Positions 1 to 12,200 of a stretch of DNA of 64,000 nt are shown here, one piece after another. Under the pieces are notes generated by a model that saw only the letters and a program-made list of their open reading frames with translations, was not told the origin of the DNA and searched no databases. The stretch is from assembly GCF_006345805.1 (NCBI RefSeq), contig NC_043008.1, positions 13,454,001 to 13,518,000 on the forward strand. Reading direction: 5' to 3'. This DNA is from Octopus sinensis. Lineage: Eukaryota. Each line of letters opens with the position of its first letter. The stretch's first letter is position 1. A program made the position numbers and the translations under genes.

Positions 1-821
1 TATTTCAATAGTATGTTACGGTCTTTGCAAATTTTATCAGTGATAGTTACTGTTCGATCTAGTGAGTTGTTACTGTATCTCATCTCAGCACTAAGAAAAT
101 ACTAATGCTTACCACCAGATCACAATTCACTCAACAATATTTGAAAAATATTCATTCATTCTTTTCTTTTCTTTTTGCATTAATATGTTGCCATCAAAAG
201 GTAAGACACAAAAGAAGTAATTCTAAAGTAGGAATAAATATAAATATTTACTGATAGATCTTTCACTTATATTTCCATCAGTCGCATATACAATTGCTAT
301 GCATTTATATGACAATAAATAAATTCAATGAATGCGAAAAGCGAAGAAACGTAATGACCTGTACCGGGAACAATTACACTGCGTATCCAATGTGCACCTG
401 AAGCCACTAGCTGAAGCCAGTGGCTGTGGTAGCAGGGGCTGCTATTTTGCTATTTAGTGAACAAAATATGAAATATCTGTAAATATTTTTTATCATTTCA
501 TCTACAATAGTGCGCTTATCAATCTATTGATATTTCTCTCAAGTTGAACATAGATAATCCTCTCACAGAACTCAAACGTCTGTGACCTGCAACATAATCT
601 CCTGACATTTAAATCAAACAGATGAAATAGAACTGTTTCCCAGTAGGACGCAAGTTAGCTTTTACCAAATATATTTTCTAAAACCAAATGACATATTCCA
701 GACAGTTAGTTTTTGGGTGAAGCATGTTGAGAACAGTTGATGTTAGTACGTAACATTTCCAAGATGTTCATCAAGTATACGCCAATATCAAAAAGGAAAA
801 TGGATAATACATTTGCATATT

Positions 822-1026
822 CTTTTCTGCTCTAGGCACAAAACGTTTGGGGAGAGGGCAAGACGATTAGATCGATCCCAGTGTGCAACTGGTACTTAAT
901 TTATCGACCCTGAAATGATGAATAGCAAAGTCGATCTCGGCGGAATTTGAACTCAGAACGTAAAGAGAGACGAAATACCGCTAAGCATTTAACCCGGCGT
1001 GCTAACGTTTCTGCCAGTTTTCCGCC
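822..1026 (-). mobile_element. SINE family B (working label), diverged copy
   Basis: Reverse complement of the GGCGAGCTGGCAGAAACGTTAGCACGCCGGG...GTTCTGAGTTCAAATTCCGCCGAGGTCGAC...GTACCAGTT unit, which recurs more than 12 times in the window. Confidence 0.85.
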
Positions 1027-1074
1027 AAGTTTCAACTAAGCGCAGATGTATTTGATAGTATATTTTCGGCTGAT

Positions 1075-1119
1075 GCACACACACACACACTCACACACAC
1101 ACACACACACACACACACA

Positions 1120-1184
<65 letters not shown>

Positions 1185-1186
1185 AT
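1075..1186. repeat. (CA)n-(TA)n compound microsatellite
   Basis: Directly visible; source of ORF 1046..1234. Confidence 0.97.
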
Positions 1187-1493
1187 GGGGGCGCAAATTG
1201 CCCAGTGGTTAGGGCAGCGGACTCTCAGTCGTAGGATCGCGGCTTCGAATTCCAGACCGGACGTTGTGAGTGCTCATTGAGCGAAAACACCTAAAGCTCC
1301 GCGGGCCACCGGTGGTGGCGATCTCTGCTGTACTCTTTCGCCGTAATATTCTCTTACTCTTTCTTCTGTTGGCCTGCTTGCTTAGCCAGCGGGGTGACGT
1401 CATTTGAATGATGGCTAAGACAATACGAAGCGCATTGTGAACAGCGATATGTAGCAACATCTGATAGCCTGGTCGGTCACGTGATCACGTGAT
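1187..1493 (+). mobile_element. tRNA-derived SINE family C (working label)
   Basis: A-box-like TGCCCAGTGGTTAG (~1199) and B-box-like GCTTCGAATTCC (1242-1253); head shared with copies at 24748, 27355 and 61023. Confidence 0.8.
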
Positions 1494-1964
1494 ATATATA
1501 TATATATATATACACAAATTTTGCACGGTGGTAGTTAAATTATATCACTTCTTTCCACCTACCTACTTTGGTTTCAACAACCCTTGGCAATTAAAATTCA
1601 ATGTTTACGTCAGATAAAACCAACACCGAGGGCTGAACATAAATAAGACATTTTCTATTGTTATTCTAAGGATATTGGCAATCGATACATTGCTTTAATT
1701 CTATTTTTCTTGTATCGTATATCATATACCGTGATTTTCAATAATTCACTTACTCTGTCCCTGACCCTAGAATCGTCAATATTTAGTGATATTTCATTTT
1801 ACACTCACGAATACAATTCTGTGTATACTCTTATTGATTTATTAACTAAATATATTAGGTTTGGCAACACGAAAGTTTAACTAAAATTCAAACGAATATG
1901 GAAGACACGCTCTGTTATTCCAGATATTCCGATCTCAAATATTATCAGTATCCAATAAATATTA

Positions 1965-2290
1965 TTACCTCCGCTTTAGGGAAAGCAGAGGTATTGTTTC
2001 CAGTCATGTTTGCTTGTTTGTTTGTCCGTGGACAAGATATCTCAAGAACCGCTGGTTGGATTCGGATGAAACATTCAGGGTTGTTTGGCCTCGTAACTGA
2101 CACGAACCGATTAGATTTTGGGATTGATCCGGTAGCTGACAAGATTCTGGATTATTTTTCCTGTTTTTTTTCTATACTTAATTCCCGTGAGCGGTCGGGT
2201 TAACTTTTAGTATTCTCGTTTGTGCGAGCAGTCAAGTTTATTTCAAATATTCTCATTTTAAAAATCATCTCTGGCTAGTCATTGAGTGTT
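1965..2290 (+). mobile_element. Non-autonomous Helentron/DINE-1-like (HINE-like) element
   Basis: Starts TTACCTCCGC, with hairpin ACCTCCGCTTT-AGGG-AAAGCAGAGGT (1967-1992), then GTTT repeats and GGATTCGGATGAAACATTCAGG; architecture typical of DINE-1-like elements. Confidence 0.55.
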
Positions 2291-2774
2291 ATTGTTAGCA
2301 TTTTATTCATTCCATATTATATCTTCACATAATGTTATTGAATAAAACACAAATTATGGTTTCTTCTACTTCACAATTCACTTTAAGATTGCCATCAACA
2401 TATTGGACCAGCTGAAGTATTAGGGGTAGCAAACTCTCTGTATATTTTTTTAACAAGAATTTGTCCATAGTCAATACATCCGCAGTGTATAACCAATGAG
2501 GCCTTTAAGTTTATTGTTGAAACACAGTAAGAAATTTATCTATTTTACGTTGTACGAATGTATTCCATGAGTGTGTCGCTTTCTTTGTTTACGTGTGTGA
2601 GTAAATGTAAGTGTGTGTGTGGGTATGTATCCGCGTTTGTTTGGATAAAGATTAAAATTTAAAATAATATAAATATTTTCTGAAACAATATTTAAGTTCA
2701 GAAAGAATTGTATAACTTTGTGTTTGTTTAATTTACTTCTTGATTTAACTCAAGTCATTTCCGATTTTCTCTTA

Positions 2775-3065
2775 AACATGCTGGCACACACAAACACACA
2801 CACACATACATACACGCACACTCACACACACACACACAACCACACACACACACACACAAACACAAACACATACACACACACACACAAACAGTGAGACACG
2901 CTCACATACACACACTCAAACACGTACACACAAACACACACAGAGACACATACACACACGCACACCTCAAACATGTACACACACCTTTTCTCACTGCATT
3001 TCTTTATCTTTTTTGTTCTACTTCAACTCTTTCAATCTCTCTGTCTCTCTTTCTCTTTCTCTCTC

Positions 3066-3105
<40 letters not shown>
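2775..3105. repeat. (CA)n-rich and (CT)n microsatellites
   Basis: Directly visible. Confidence 0.95.
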
Positions 3106-3108
<3 letters not shown>

Positions 3109-3739
3109 TCCTCTTGAAATTTTTCTCCGTCTACACACACTTTCGCGTTGTGCTGCTTCATATTCACCCATTCCCATTTACCCATCAACGCTTTAGGTAT
3201 ATTGTTTATTTTTCTGCACACGGAAAGTGTAACATATCAGACAACTACACACGTTAACATGCACAAACACATACACAGCAGCAGTGATTCTGCACGTATT
3301 ACTACTACCACTACTACTACATGCAAAGCAATAATAGATAATTGAAGAAATATTGAATTAACGGTGAGATTTAAGAAGCAAAGAAAGCTTAAGAAGCCAA
3401 TCAGTGAAGTGGAGTAGAATCAGACTAATGTTCAAGTTACTTTCCATTATTAGCTGCGTGTGTTGAAGTTAACTGCATGATGGAATATCAAAATGTGAAC
3501 CGAAAACATCAAAACACGCGTAATAAATACAGCTTTACAAAATGTTTGCACACAAACAATAACCGTAATATGGCAAAACTTGGATAAAGATATATAGTCA
3601 ATTTAATGCATATCAATACGTTATTGGTATTCGTTGGCCTTTGTCATGTCATAGATCGTTGGTTTTTCAGAGACATAAACATAAACACTTCTGCTGTGAG
3701 TGGGCTGTTTGAAGAAGCAAATGCCTAGTTCCAGGTATA

Positions 3740-4045
3740 CTGACCACCTCTCCGCTCATTGATGCACCATGAACAAAGAGACTAGATGGTCGTAGGGGAT
3801 GTTAGGTACTGGTTAAGTACAGTTATACTTAACCAGTACCTCTCAGTCGCCATGATAGATCGGTAGCCACTACACGCATTTTTTTCTCTCCTTCTTTCTT
3901 TCTGTGTCCCTTTCTGTGGAAGAGCGTAGGGTCGAAACGTAAAAGACTTTTTCAATTCCCGAGTATTATACTAATACATCTGTTTGTTTTCTACAACACA
4001 TGTCTCTTCGTCTTTTGTTTTTTTTCCTGAATTCTCCCCATATAA
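3740..4045 (+). mobile_element. Penelope pseudo-LTR-like repeat fragment with atypical hammerhead-like motif
   Basis: CTTT-CTGTGGAA-GAGC gtag GGTC-GAAAC-GTA-AAAG at 3910-3945; the 3' part recurs inverted at 33868-33958. Confidence 0.5.
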
Positions 4046-4171
4046 CTGTACATATCTGTTTTAGAATCCGTCCCCACAGTTTATTCCCTTAGGAATTTCT
4101 AATGATTCAGTAAATTACTCCACAAGGCAGCAGGGCTTTATAATTATCGATTTCTTTCAAAAGTTTTGAAT

Positions 4172-4333
4172 GGGCGCAGGAGTGGCTGTATGGCAAGAAG
4201 ATTTCTTACGAATCTTATAGTTCCAGGTTCAGTTCCAATGCGTGGCACCTTGGGCAAGTGTCTTCTACTATAGGCTCGGGACGACCAAAGCGTTGTGAGT
4301 GAAATTAGTAGACGGAAACTGAAAGAAGCGTCG
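4172..4333 (+). mobile_element. tRNA-derived SINE family A (working label), head/body
   Basis: GGCGCAGGAGTGGCTGT...GGTTCAGTTCC...GGCACCTTGGGCAAGTGTCTTC...GACGGAAACTGAAAGAAGC; matches full-length copies at 28165 and 51489. Confidence 0.9.
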
Positions 4334-4440
<107 letters not shown>

Positions 4441-4467
4441 CCGATGTATATATACATATACATATAT

Positions 4468-4631
4468 ACGATGGGCTTCTTTCAGTTTCCGTCTACCAAA
4501 TCCACTCACAAGGCTTTGGTCGGCCCGAGGCTATAGTAGAAGTCACTTGCCCAAGGTGCCACGCAATGGGACTGAACCCCGAAGAATGAGGTTGGTAAGG
4601 AAGCTACTTACCACACAGCCGCTCCTGCGCC
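4468..4631 (-). mobile_element. SINE family A head/body, inverted relative to 4172-4333
   Basis: Reverse complement of the same head, separated by (TA)n(TG)n. Confidence 0.9.
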
Positions 4632-4656
4632 AATATATCTATATCAATAAATATAT

Positions 4657-4712
<56 letters not shown>

Positions 4713-4720
4713 ATATATAT

Positions 4721-4763
<43 letters not shown>

Positions 4764-5479
4764 AGATATATTGATTGACCAATAGATACATCAACAAACG
4801 ATTAGCTACTATCATTGCAGTGGAGAGAGCATAATGAAACTTGCGTTGTTATTTAATATTTGCACGTTATGAAGTCTTAACGAAATCTTTTACGCTCTGT
4901 TTACATATCACTTTACAAAAGCCCCTTTAACAAACAGACCTTGTCAATATATGAGTATTGTTGTGGCTTTAGCCTCATAGCGAACACCGGTAAAGCAAGC
5001 ACCGTAAATTTTCCAATACTGACAATTTCAAACACGCTGCCTAATCAGTTGGCTCAAATAAACACTAATATATCTTACGTGTGTATTAATAATTTTCTTG
5101 TCGCAAATCTTACCTGTTGCTCTCGTAGTGCAATACTTTCACCTATTACATTACTATGCAAATCCTTAAGAAAATACAGAATACGTTTAGGAATTAAGCA
5201 AGAAATCTATTATTTTACAAACAAATCAATCACTCAAGATTTTGTTTTTCCTTTAAGTTTTTATTTTATTTTGTTGTCAACGCTATCGGTGATATGTGTT
5301 GTATTCTTACCATAATTTACTGCCGCTATTTGCTCCACGTACGAAAGGGATATATATGATGTGTGTTGATGTAGACAGTGTAACAGAAACAGGTGTCGGT
5401 TCACGCGTGTTTATATCAAGCATACACCTCTATATTTTACGTTTATCCATAACGTGTGGACAAGTTACACGTCGCACGC

Positions 5480-5569
5480 CTGATACCACCACCACAACCA
5501 CTACTACTAGTAGTAGTCGTAGCAGCAGCGAAAACAGCAGCAGCAGAAATATCATCATCATCAGCAGTA

Positions 5570-5605
<36 letters not shown>

Positions 5606-5774
5606 CAGCAGCAGTAGTAGTAGTAGTAGTAGTAGTGTGGTGGTGGTGGTGGTGGTGGTGATGGTGGTGGTGGTGGTAGTAGTAGTAATAGTAGTAGTAG
5701 TAGATGTAGTAGTAGTAGTGGTGGTGGTGGTGGCGGTGATAATAAATACACCAGCAGCGGTGGAGGCGGCGGCG

Positions 5775-5833
<59 letters not shown>

Positions 5834-5875
5834 GGTGGTGGCCGTGGTAGCGATGGTGGTGGTAGCAACAGCCGG
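5480..5875. repeat. Compound trinucleotide array (TAG/TGG/CAG/CAT)
   Basis: Directly visible; gives poly-V/P/L/Y ORFs. Confidence 0.95.
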
Positions 5876-6649
5876 CGAACTTTAGTTGTTTTAGCGGATT
5901 AAAGAAAACTAGCTGTCTACTTGAACATTTAGTGTAATGCTACCGGTAAGTTTGGCTTCACAGTACCCTCTGTGACTTTGTTATAGTCATTGTACGGGCC
6001 TGTATGAAGCGTTTGTGCCCAAATGCTTCTATTCGCGACACACATTAACAATGACTGCTCAGCTTATGCAACCGCAGGGAATGTTTGGCCTCACAAGGAA
6101 GGAAATGGATTGCCGTAACTCGCCTTTGAATATAACTCCAAAATGAGTGCTACGGTTTCTGTGACTAAAGAGGAGATAACCACTCCTAAATACTCGCATC
6201 TCACAGTCTTGATGCGTGGCGCTGCGAGCTGATATAGGTGTATTTACGCTATATATCTACAGTGATAAATTATCTCCATGACAGAACAGTGAATTGCTTG
6301 TTTACAAGTCCGAACATGCTTTTAGCATATTCTAACTCATACTAAAATTGTATTTATATCGCTTTAGTCATTAACATTTCCAATGCCTGTTATATTTCAT
6401 TTATATCTCTCATTATCATTTGTAGTTTAATATCATCGGCAGTTTTGATGAGACGTGAAAAAAAAGATGACCTCTTATTTATATGAGGATGGCTTATACA
6501 AACGTACTTCAATTCAAGCGATACGTTACATTAGACGAAAAACATTTTGAAAAATTTGGAAGATTAATATTGTAGAGGTAAGTCATGCAAGTACATTAAA
6601 AGGTGGGCGAATACGGTAAGTAAACATTAAAAATAGGTGTGCATTTGTA

Positions 6650-6765
6650 TCTACGTGTATATATATATAAAGAGATATATAAAGGGATATATATGTGTGT
6701 TTGTATAACACTGACGCAGTGATATGAATATGTTCGACATACACGCATATATATATATATATATA

Positions 6766-6807
<42 letters not shown>

Positions 6808-6880
6808 CATATAAATGTATATATATGTATTTTATATGTATATATATATATACATATAAATGTATATATATATGTATTTT

Positions 6881-6960
<80 letters not shown>

Positions 6961-6973
6961 ATGTATATATATG

Positions 6974-7014
<41 letters not shown>

Positions 7015-7040
7015 CACACATATATAAATGTATGTATGTA
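6650..7040. repeat. (TA)n-rich microsatellite
   Basis: Directly visible. Confidence 0.95.
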
Positions 7041-8810
7041 TTAGGTATGCAAACCAGTTAAGGGTGAAATAATTCGTTAAAATTATTCTAACACTTATGC
7101 AATAAGTCAGTGCTTATACAGAAATAAGAGTAATAAATATCGTTCTTCTTAATTAGGAAAAATAACACAAGCTGGGAATTTACTTACGTGATTCAATTAT
7201 ATAAATACAGAGTGGCGTCAGTTAGATTTCCAGGGACAACATATAGGAGAGAATAAGGCCAAGTCGGAACCAACGGGAAATTTTACCAGTAAATATACCC
7301 AGGCACATCTACGCACCAATTCATTCGCATACGTGCACATAAATAAGCTTATTTATTACATGCATAAATAATGTGCCAACTTTAATTTTGCTGAAGAAAC
7401 TTATATATCCACTACAAAATGTTTTGTGTTCATACGTTTTCTATTTCACTTTCAACGCGAACTATGCGGACAAATTTTGCGCAGCAAATTTTCGTTGACA
7501 AATCTGTAAACGCAGAACGCTAATAGATTAAGATAGACATCTTGGGATGCAAGATGTGTGATAATGAAGTTCAATAAGAATCTATAGGCCAATCAAACAC
7601 TCATATACTTACATACGTACATGTAGACATATATGTGTGTATTGCTGTGCACATGTAAACACAAACACATACGTACATCTATTTATGTACCTATACATAT
7701 AAACACATACATATAAATATATACTCAGGTGTGTGTGTGGTGTGTATTTGTGTGCGTATAATTATTGTGTGTTTGTATCTACTACACATAAGCGAATATA
7801 AATTGTATGTTTATAAACCAAACAAATGCAAAGCAGTATTACCTCATACATCTGTTAAAACTTTTGTATATGCCTGTATGTAGACACATTTGTATGTATG
7901 AACTACGCGTGTTGATACATACACATGTCTTATAATGCTTGGTGTCCTTTCTTGTTTTATTTAATTTCATTATCGTTCTTCCTAATTCTAAAGTTGCCTA
8001 AATTAATCAGATATATACTGTGTTTATAGAATTATCTTCAGTGCTTTAACTACGTCACGTATGAATACCATTTTTATAGAATTTTACAGTATTTAGATAT
8101 ACATGAACTTATCCAATTCTGAAGTAAAGGTATAAATTTTTCAAAGAAGGTGTACTGTCGTATTGTTTATAAACAATGTAACATACATGTAATTTAAAGT
8201 GTATATGTGATTGTATCAATGTTTATGTGTGTATATGTTTTAATTATGAGTGTGTACAAGTTTTTGCCAACGGTACACAGTAAGATATTTCTGTTCTGCC
8301 GAAATCAGTAAACAGTGCGTCCTTTTATTTTAATGGCGTCTTGATATTATTGTCGATAATTTTGATGGTTGATGGATATTTTTGTCATTGCCTGAGCTCA
8401 TCTGTTTTAGATATGTTTTCAGGTAAATTTACTGACTTAATTGAGATGTTTTGAAATGCAATTTAATATGTTCAATTACAGTCGCCCTCTGCACAACTAG
8501 ATCAATTAGAAGGACCAAGTCAAAGATATCGTTATATGAGTATGTTATATATTATATAAGTTGCCATTAACTGCATGGGTCTTCTGCTCAGACGAATGCC
8601 TATTAAAAATAGTTCATCTCCGGATCAACCTGAACTAAGTTGTATATTTTAGCCTCTATGCGCGTTACAACGTTATTGGTCCTTGAACCCCCCGTGAGAT
8701 AGTTGGACTGAGCGCCTTTAAGGATCAGTTTGTTTCATTAATTTACAGAAAATCGTGTACCTATATGTAAACGTAAATATGTGTGTGTATGTGTAGAAAC
8801 ACACACACAC

Positions 8811-8843
<33 letters not shown>

Positions 8844-8962
8844 ACAATTTAGGAATGGCCTTAACAGGCCATTCGTCCACTAGACAGAGCAGCCATAACT
8901 CCAACCGCCAAGTAATGTAATTCGGAAATAGGTGAAAAATTAAAAACATTTACCCTAAATCA

Positions 8963-9062
8963 TCTTTTAGACGATGCATCGTTTCTGCGTTTTTAATGAT
9001 AGACCAGCTTAATTAAATTAAATTAAGCTAATCTACCATAGGTCAAGCTTCGTCAGTAAAGA
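8963..9062 (-). ncRNA. Type I minimal hammerhead ribozyme motif (array copy 1)
   Basis: Minus strand: UCUUUA-CUGACGA (9056-9050)-long stem II-GAAA-C GAUGCAUC GUC-UAAAAGA; stem III is the palindrome ACGATGCATCGT; predicted cut between 8970 and 8969. Confidence 0.7.
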
Positions 9063-9437
9063 AACCTTTGGTAGAGGCAAATATACACGAGGCTACTGCA
9101 TCGAAGCCTCTGGAATATCTGTCTTAAAATTTTTGAAGACCAGCGCAACCGCGCCAACCTTATCGGCGGCAAATATAAACTGCCGATTCAATCTCAGAAT
9201 TAGTCAGAAAATAATCAATTAATCAATTTAGGGTAGTAAAAAATTCGATAGAAATTTATCACTACCAGCGGCCCAGTGGAAAAGAAAAGTAGTCATGAGA
9301 CTAAAATGTAAATATATAACAATTTAGGAATGGCCTTCACAGGCCATTCGTCCACTAGACAGAGCAGCCATAACTCCAACCGTCAAGTAATGTAATTCGG
9401 AAATAGGTGAAAAATTAAAAACGTTTACCCTAATTCA

Positions 9438-9537
9438 TCTTTTAGACGAAGCATCGTTTCTGCGTTTTTAATGATAGACCAGCTTAATTAAATTAAATTA
9501 AGCTAATCTACCATAGGTCACGCTTCGTCAGTAAAGA
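9438..9537 (-). ncRNA. Type I minimal hammerhead ribozyme motif (array copy 2)
   Basis: CUGACGA at 9531-9525; stem II base GCGU/ACGC intact; one substitution in the stem III palindrome; predicted cut between 9445 and 9444. Confidence 0.65.
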
Positions 9538-9938
9538 AACATTTGGTAGAGGCAAATATACACGAGGCTACTGCATCGAAGCCTCTGGAATATCTGTCTT
9601 AAAATTTTCGAAGACCAGCGCAACCGCGCCAACCTTATCGGCAGCAAATATAAACTGCTGATTCAATCTCAGAATTAGTCAGAAAATAATCAATTAATCA
9701 ATTTAGGGTAGTAAAAAATTCGATAGAAATTTATCACTACCAGCGGCCCAGTGGAAAAGAAAAATAGTCATGAGACTAAAATGTAAATATATAACAATTT
9801 AGGAATGGCCTTCACAGGCCATTCGTCCACTAGACAGAGCAACCATTACTCCAACCGCCAAGTAATGTAATTCGGAAATAGGTGAAAAATTAAAAACGTT
9901 TACCCTAATTCATCTTTTAGACGATGCATCGTTTCTGC

Positions 9939-9969
<31 letters not shown>

Positions 9970-10017
9970 TATTATATATATGTATATGTATATATATATA
10001 TTGTATATATATATATG

Positions 10018-10066
<49 letters not shown>

Positions 10067-10100
10067 GTATATATATATATGTTATATATATATATGTGTG
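9939..10100. repeat. (TA)n-rich microsatellite
   Basis: Directly visible. Confidence 0.95.
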
Positions 10101-10102
10101 TG

Positions 10103-10280
10103 TGTTAGTAAAAATAAGGTACTCAGGGATCTGGATGGTTGTACATATACAAATATTTATTAAGATGTCACATATTTTTACAAAGCGTTTATAGGTGATT
10201 TGTAAAAATACGTGACATGTTAATGAATATTTGTATACGTACAACCATCCAGATCTCTGAGTACCTTATTGTTTCTAACA
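10103..10280. mobile_element. MITE-like fold-back element
   Basis: ~82-bp imperfect inverted arms (10103-10184 / 10199-10280, e.g. AAGGTACTCAGGGATCTGGATGGTTGTAC vs GTACAACCATCCAGATCTCTGAGTACCTT) around a 14-nt spacer. Confidence 0.75.
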
Positions 10281-10369
10281 TATAACATATGTACATCACA
10301 TCCAAGCCTAATATTTATATATATATATTATATATATGTACATATATATATATATATTATATATATATA

Positions 10370-10417
<48 letters not shown>

Positions 10418-11835
10418 TAGGCTATTGTATGAAGGAGATCAGCAGCGTTTTCTAGTTTGGTGAGACACAATACGGAGGTTACCTCGTCGACATCTAATAG
10501 ACATGCCCTTTAGACAGTTATATGTGTTTTATTGTATTTTCTTTGTCGAAGCAACATATTTATAATTCCATACATATTTTATTGTTCAGTATTACTTTCT
10601 GGAAGATCTTTTAATGGGTATTTTTAGTTATGAAAATAATTGTCTTAGTTTGATATTTTCTGAATATAATTTGAACCTGTATTCTCTGTAATGGAATGTG
10701 TTGCCAAGCCGCTCCTCGAATGAAATACGATGGATCATATTTTAAAAGGTTGACTGTGATTCACGAAATATTTTCTTCAAGATGTTGTTGCGATCACAAG
10801 TGAGCTTCTTATTATTTTGTACATCATATTACTTACTCTGGAATTACATGCTTATAGATGTTTCAAATTAGAAAAAATAAAGAATAATCTATTATGCATT
10901 CAGTTGTATCTTTATCCTAACACGAAACATATTTATTGAGACAGACTTACTACTTTTGTACATTTTCAAACTAACCTCAAGCAACATGGTTGACAATCTT
11001 GCCTATAAACAATCTGAAATAACAGGAGATACGATCTCGTTTATAAACAAAATTTCATATTTAAATAAGCCACTGAAAGGTCAAGTTAGCTTCCTGAAAT
11101 TAATGGTAAGCAGACGGTACTTGCAATATATTTGAAACGCTTGAAATCTATATTGCACTTCCAAAATCATAAAAAGAAAAGCATTAAAATTACGAAGTAG
11201 TACCGACTGTACAAATAATTAAGTAAATGTTTGAGTAAATCAATTCATGAATGCATAGCTTTCGCTTTTAATAATTCATAGAAAGACTTTTGGCACGGAA
11301 AAAGTTATGTAACGTTAATGGACAAATATTTTTAAGAATGAAACCGAAACAGGCAATGAATATTTAGGAATAATAGCTTTTTGACATTTGAATATACAAT
11401 CTCAGAACACATGAGAGTGTCCTTTAGAAAACACCCTTCAAATGCCTGTATGTATATGCAAATTTTAGAGAAAGCAAATAAACACTAATGACTTTAGCTG
11501 GCATGATCTTTTTGTGATGCGACAGAGAAAATAATACGTAAAGCAAAAATATTTCTTTTATAATAAACTCATAACCAATACCGAATATTAAGCAAAATAC
11601 GATAAAGGTTGTTTTACTGCTGGTACACTACATTGGTTTATGTACTAACTTTAAGTGAGAGTAATGTATTCCTCATAACAATCATAATATCGTGTTTTAG
11701 GGCGGACAATCTTGCCTATAAACAGATATATATATATATATATATATAGTTAAACTTAATCCAAACAAGAAAACACAACAACGCGAGGACGTGGAACAAA
11801 TATAGTATTATTGGACGCTCAGGAAATATATATAT

Positions 11836-11881
<46 letters not shown>

Positions 11882-12157
11882 GAAAAAAGTCATGATAGGA
11901 AATGCTAAAATAATTTAATAATAAAAAATAATAATAATAATAATAAACATTTCACTACCGGTTTAGACAGTAGCTGCACGACAATGTGAAGTATATTTGC
12001 CACTTAAATGTGGCTAACCACTGAGGGTGATTAGCAAATACTGTTTATTTATTATTGCTTGTTTACACTTTTTTCGAAATCAGAGACTATTCGTCACTGG
12101 AAAACGGATATATGTATTTGCATTGGAACCCTTTCGCATAGAAAACCGGTGCTTGTT

Positions 12158-12200
12158 ATGCGCTGACGACGGGTAAATACCCAGAAACTCGGGCTCGTGT
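12158..12200 (+). ncRNA. Degenerate hammerhead motif
   Basis: AUGCG-CUGACGA (12163-12169)-C GGGU aaau ACCC A-GAAAC-UCGG-GCU-CGUGU; the cleavage triplet lacks the required U, so probably inactive. Confidence 0.45.

Larger units (their letters stand above)
8841..9938 (-). repeat. Tandem array of a 475-bp unit (2.3 copies), each with a hammerhead motif
   Basis: ATAACAATTTAGGAATGGCC starts at 8841, 9316 and 9791; units differ by only a few substitutions. Confidence 0.95.

Noticed and set aside
1187-1260. tRNA genes at SINE heads (also 24830-24905, 27570-27646, 39841-39900, 61320-61397)
   Set aside because: A and B boxes are present, but I found no complete acceptor-stem cloverleaf, and each head runs into a repeat body; these are SINE heads.
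7198-7224. TATATAAA plus TCAGTT core promoter
   Set aside because: Spacing is only 22 nt, too short for TATA-Inr, and such words are frequent in AT-rich DNA.
8841-9938. CRISPR or prokaryotic repeat-array interpretation of the tandem arrays here and at 56399-57000
   Set aside because: Units are 475 and 184 bp with no unique spacers, there are no cas genes, and the context is eukaryotic.
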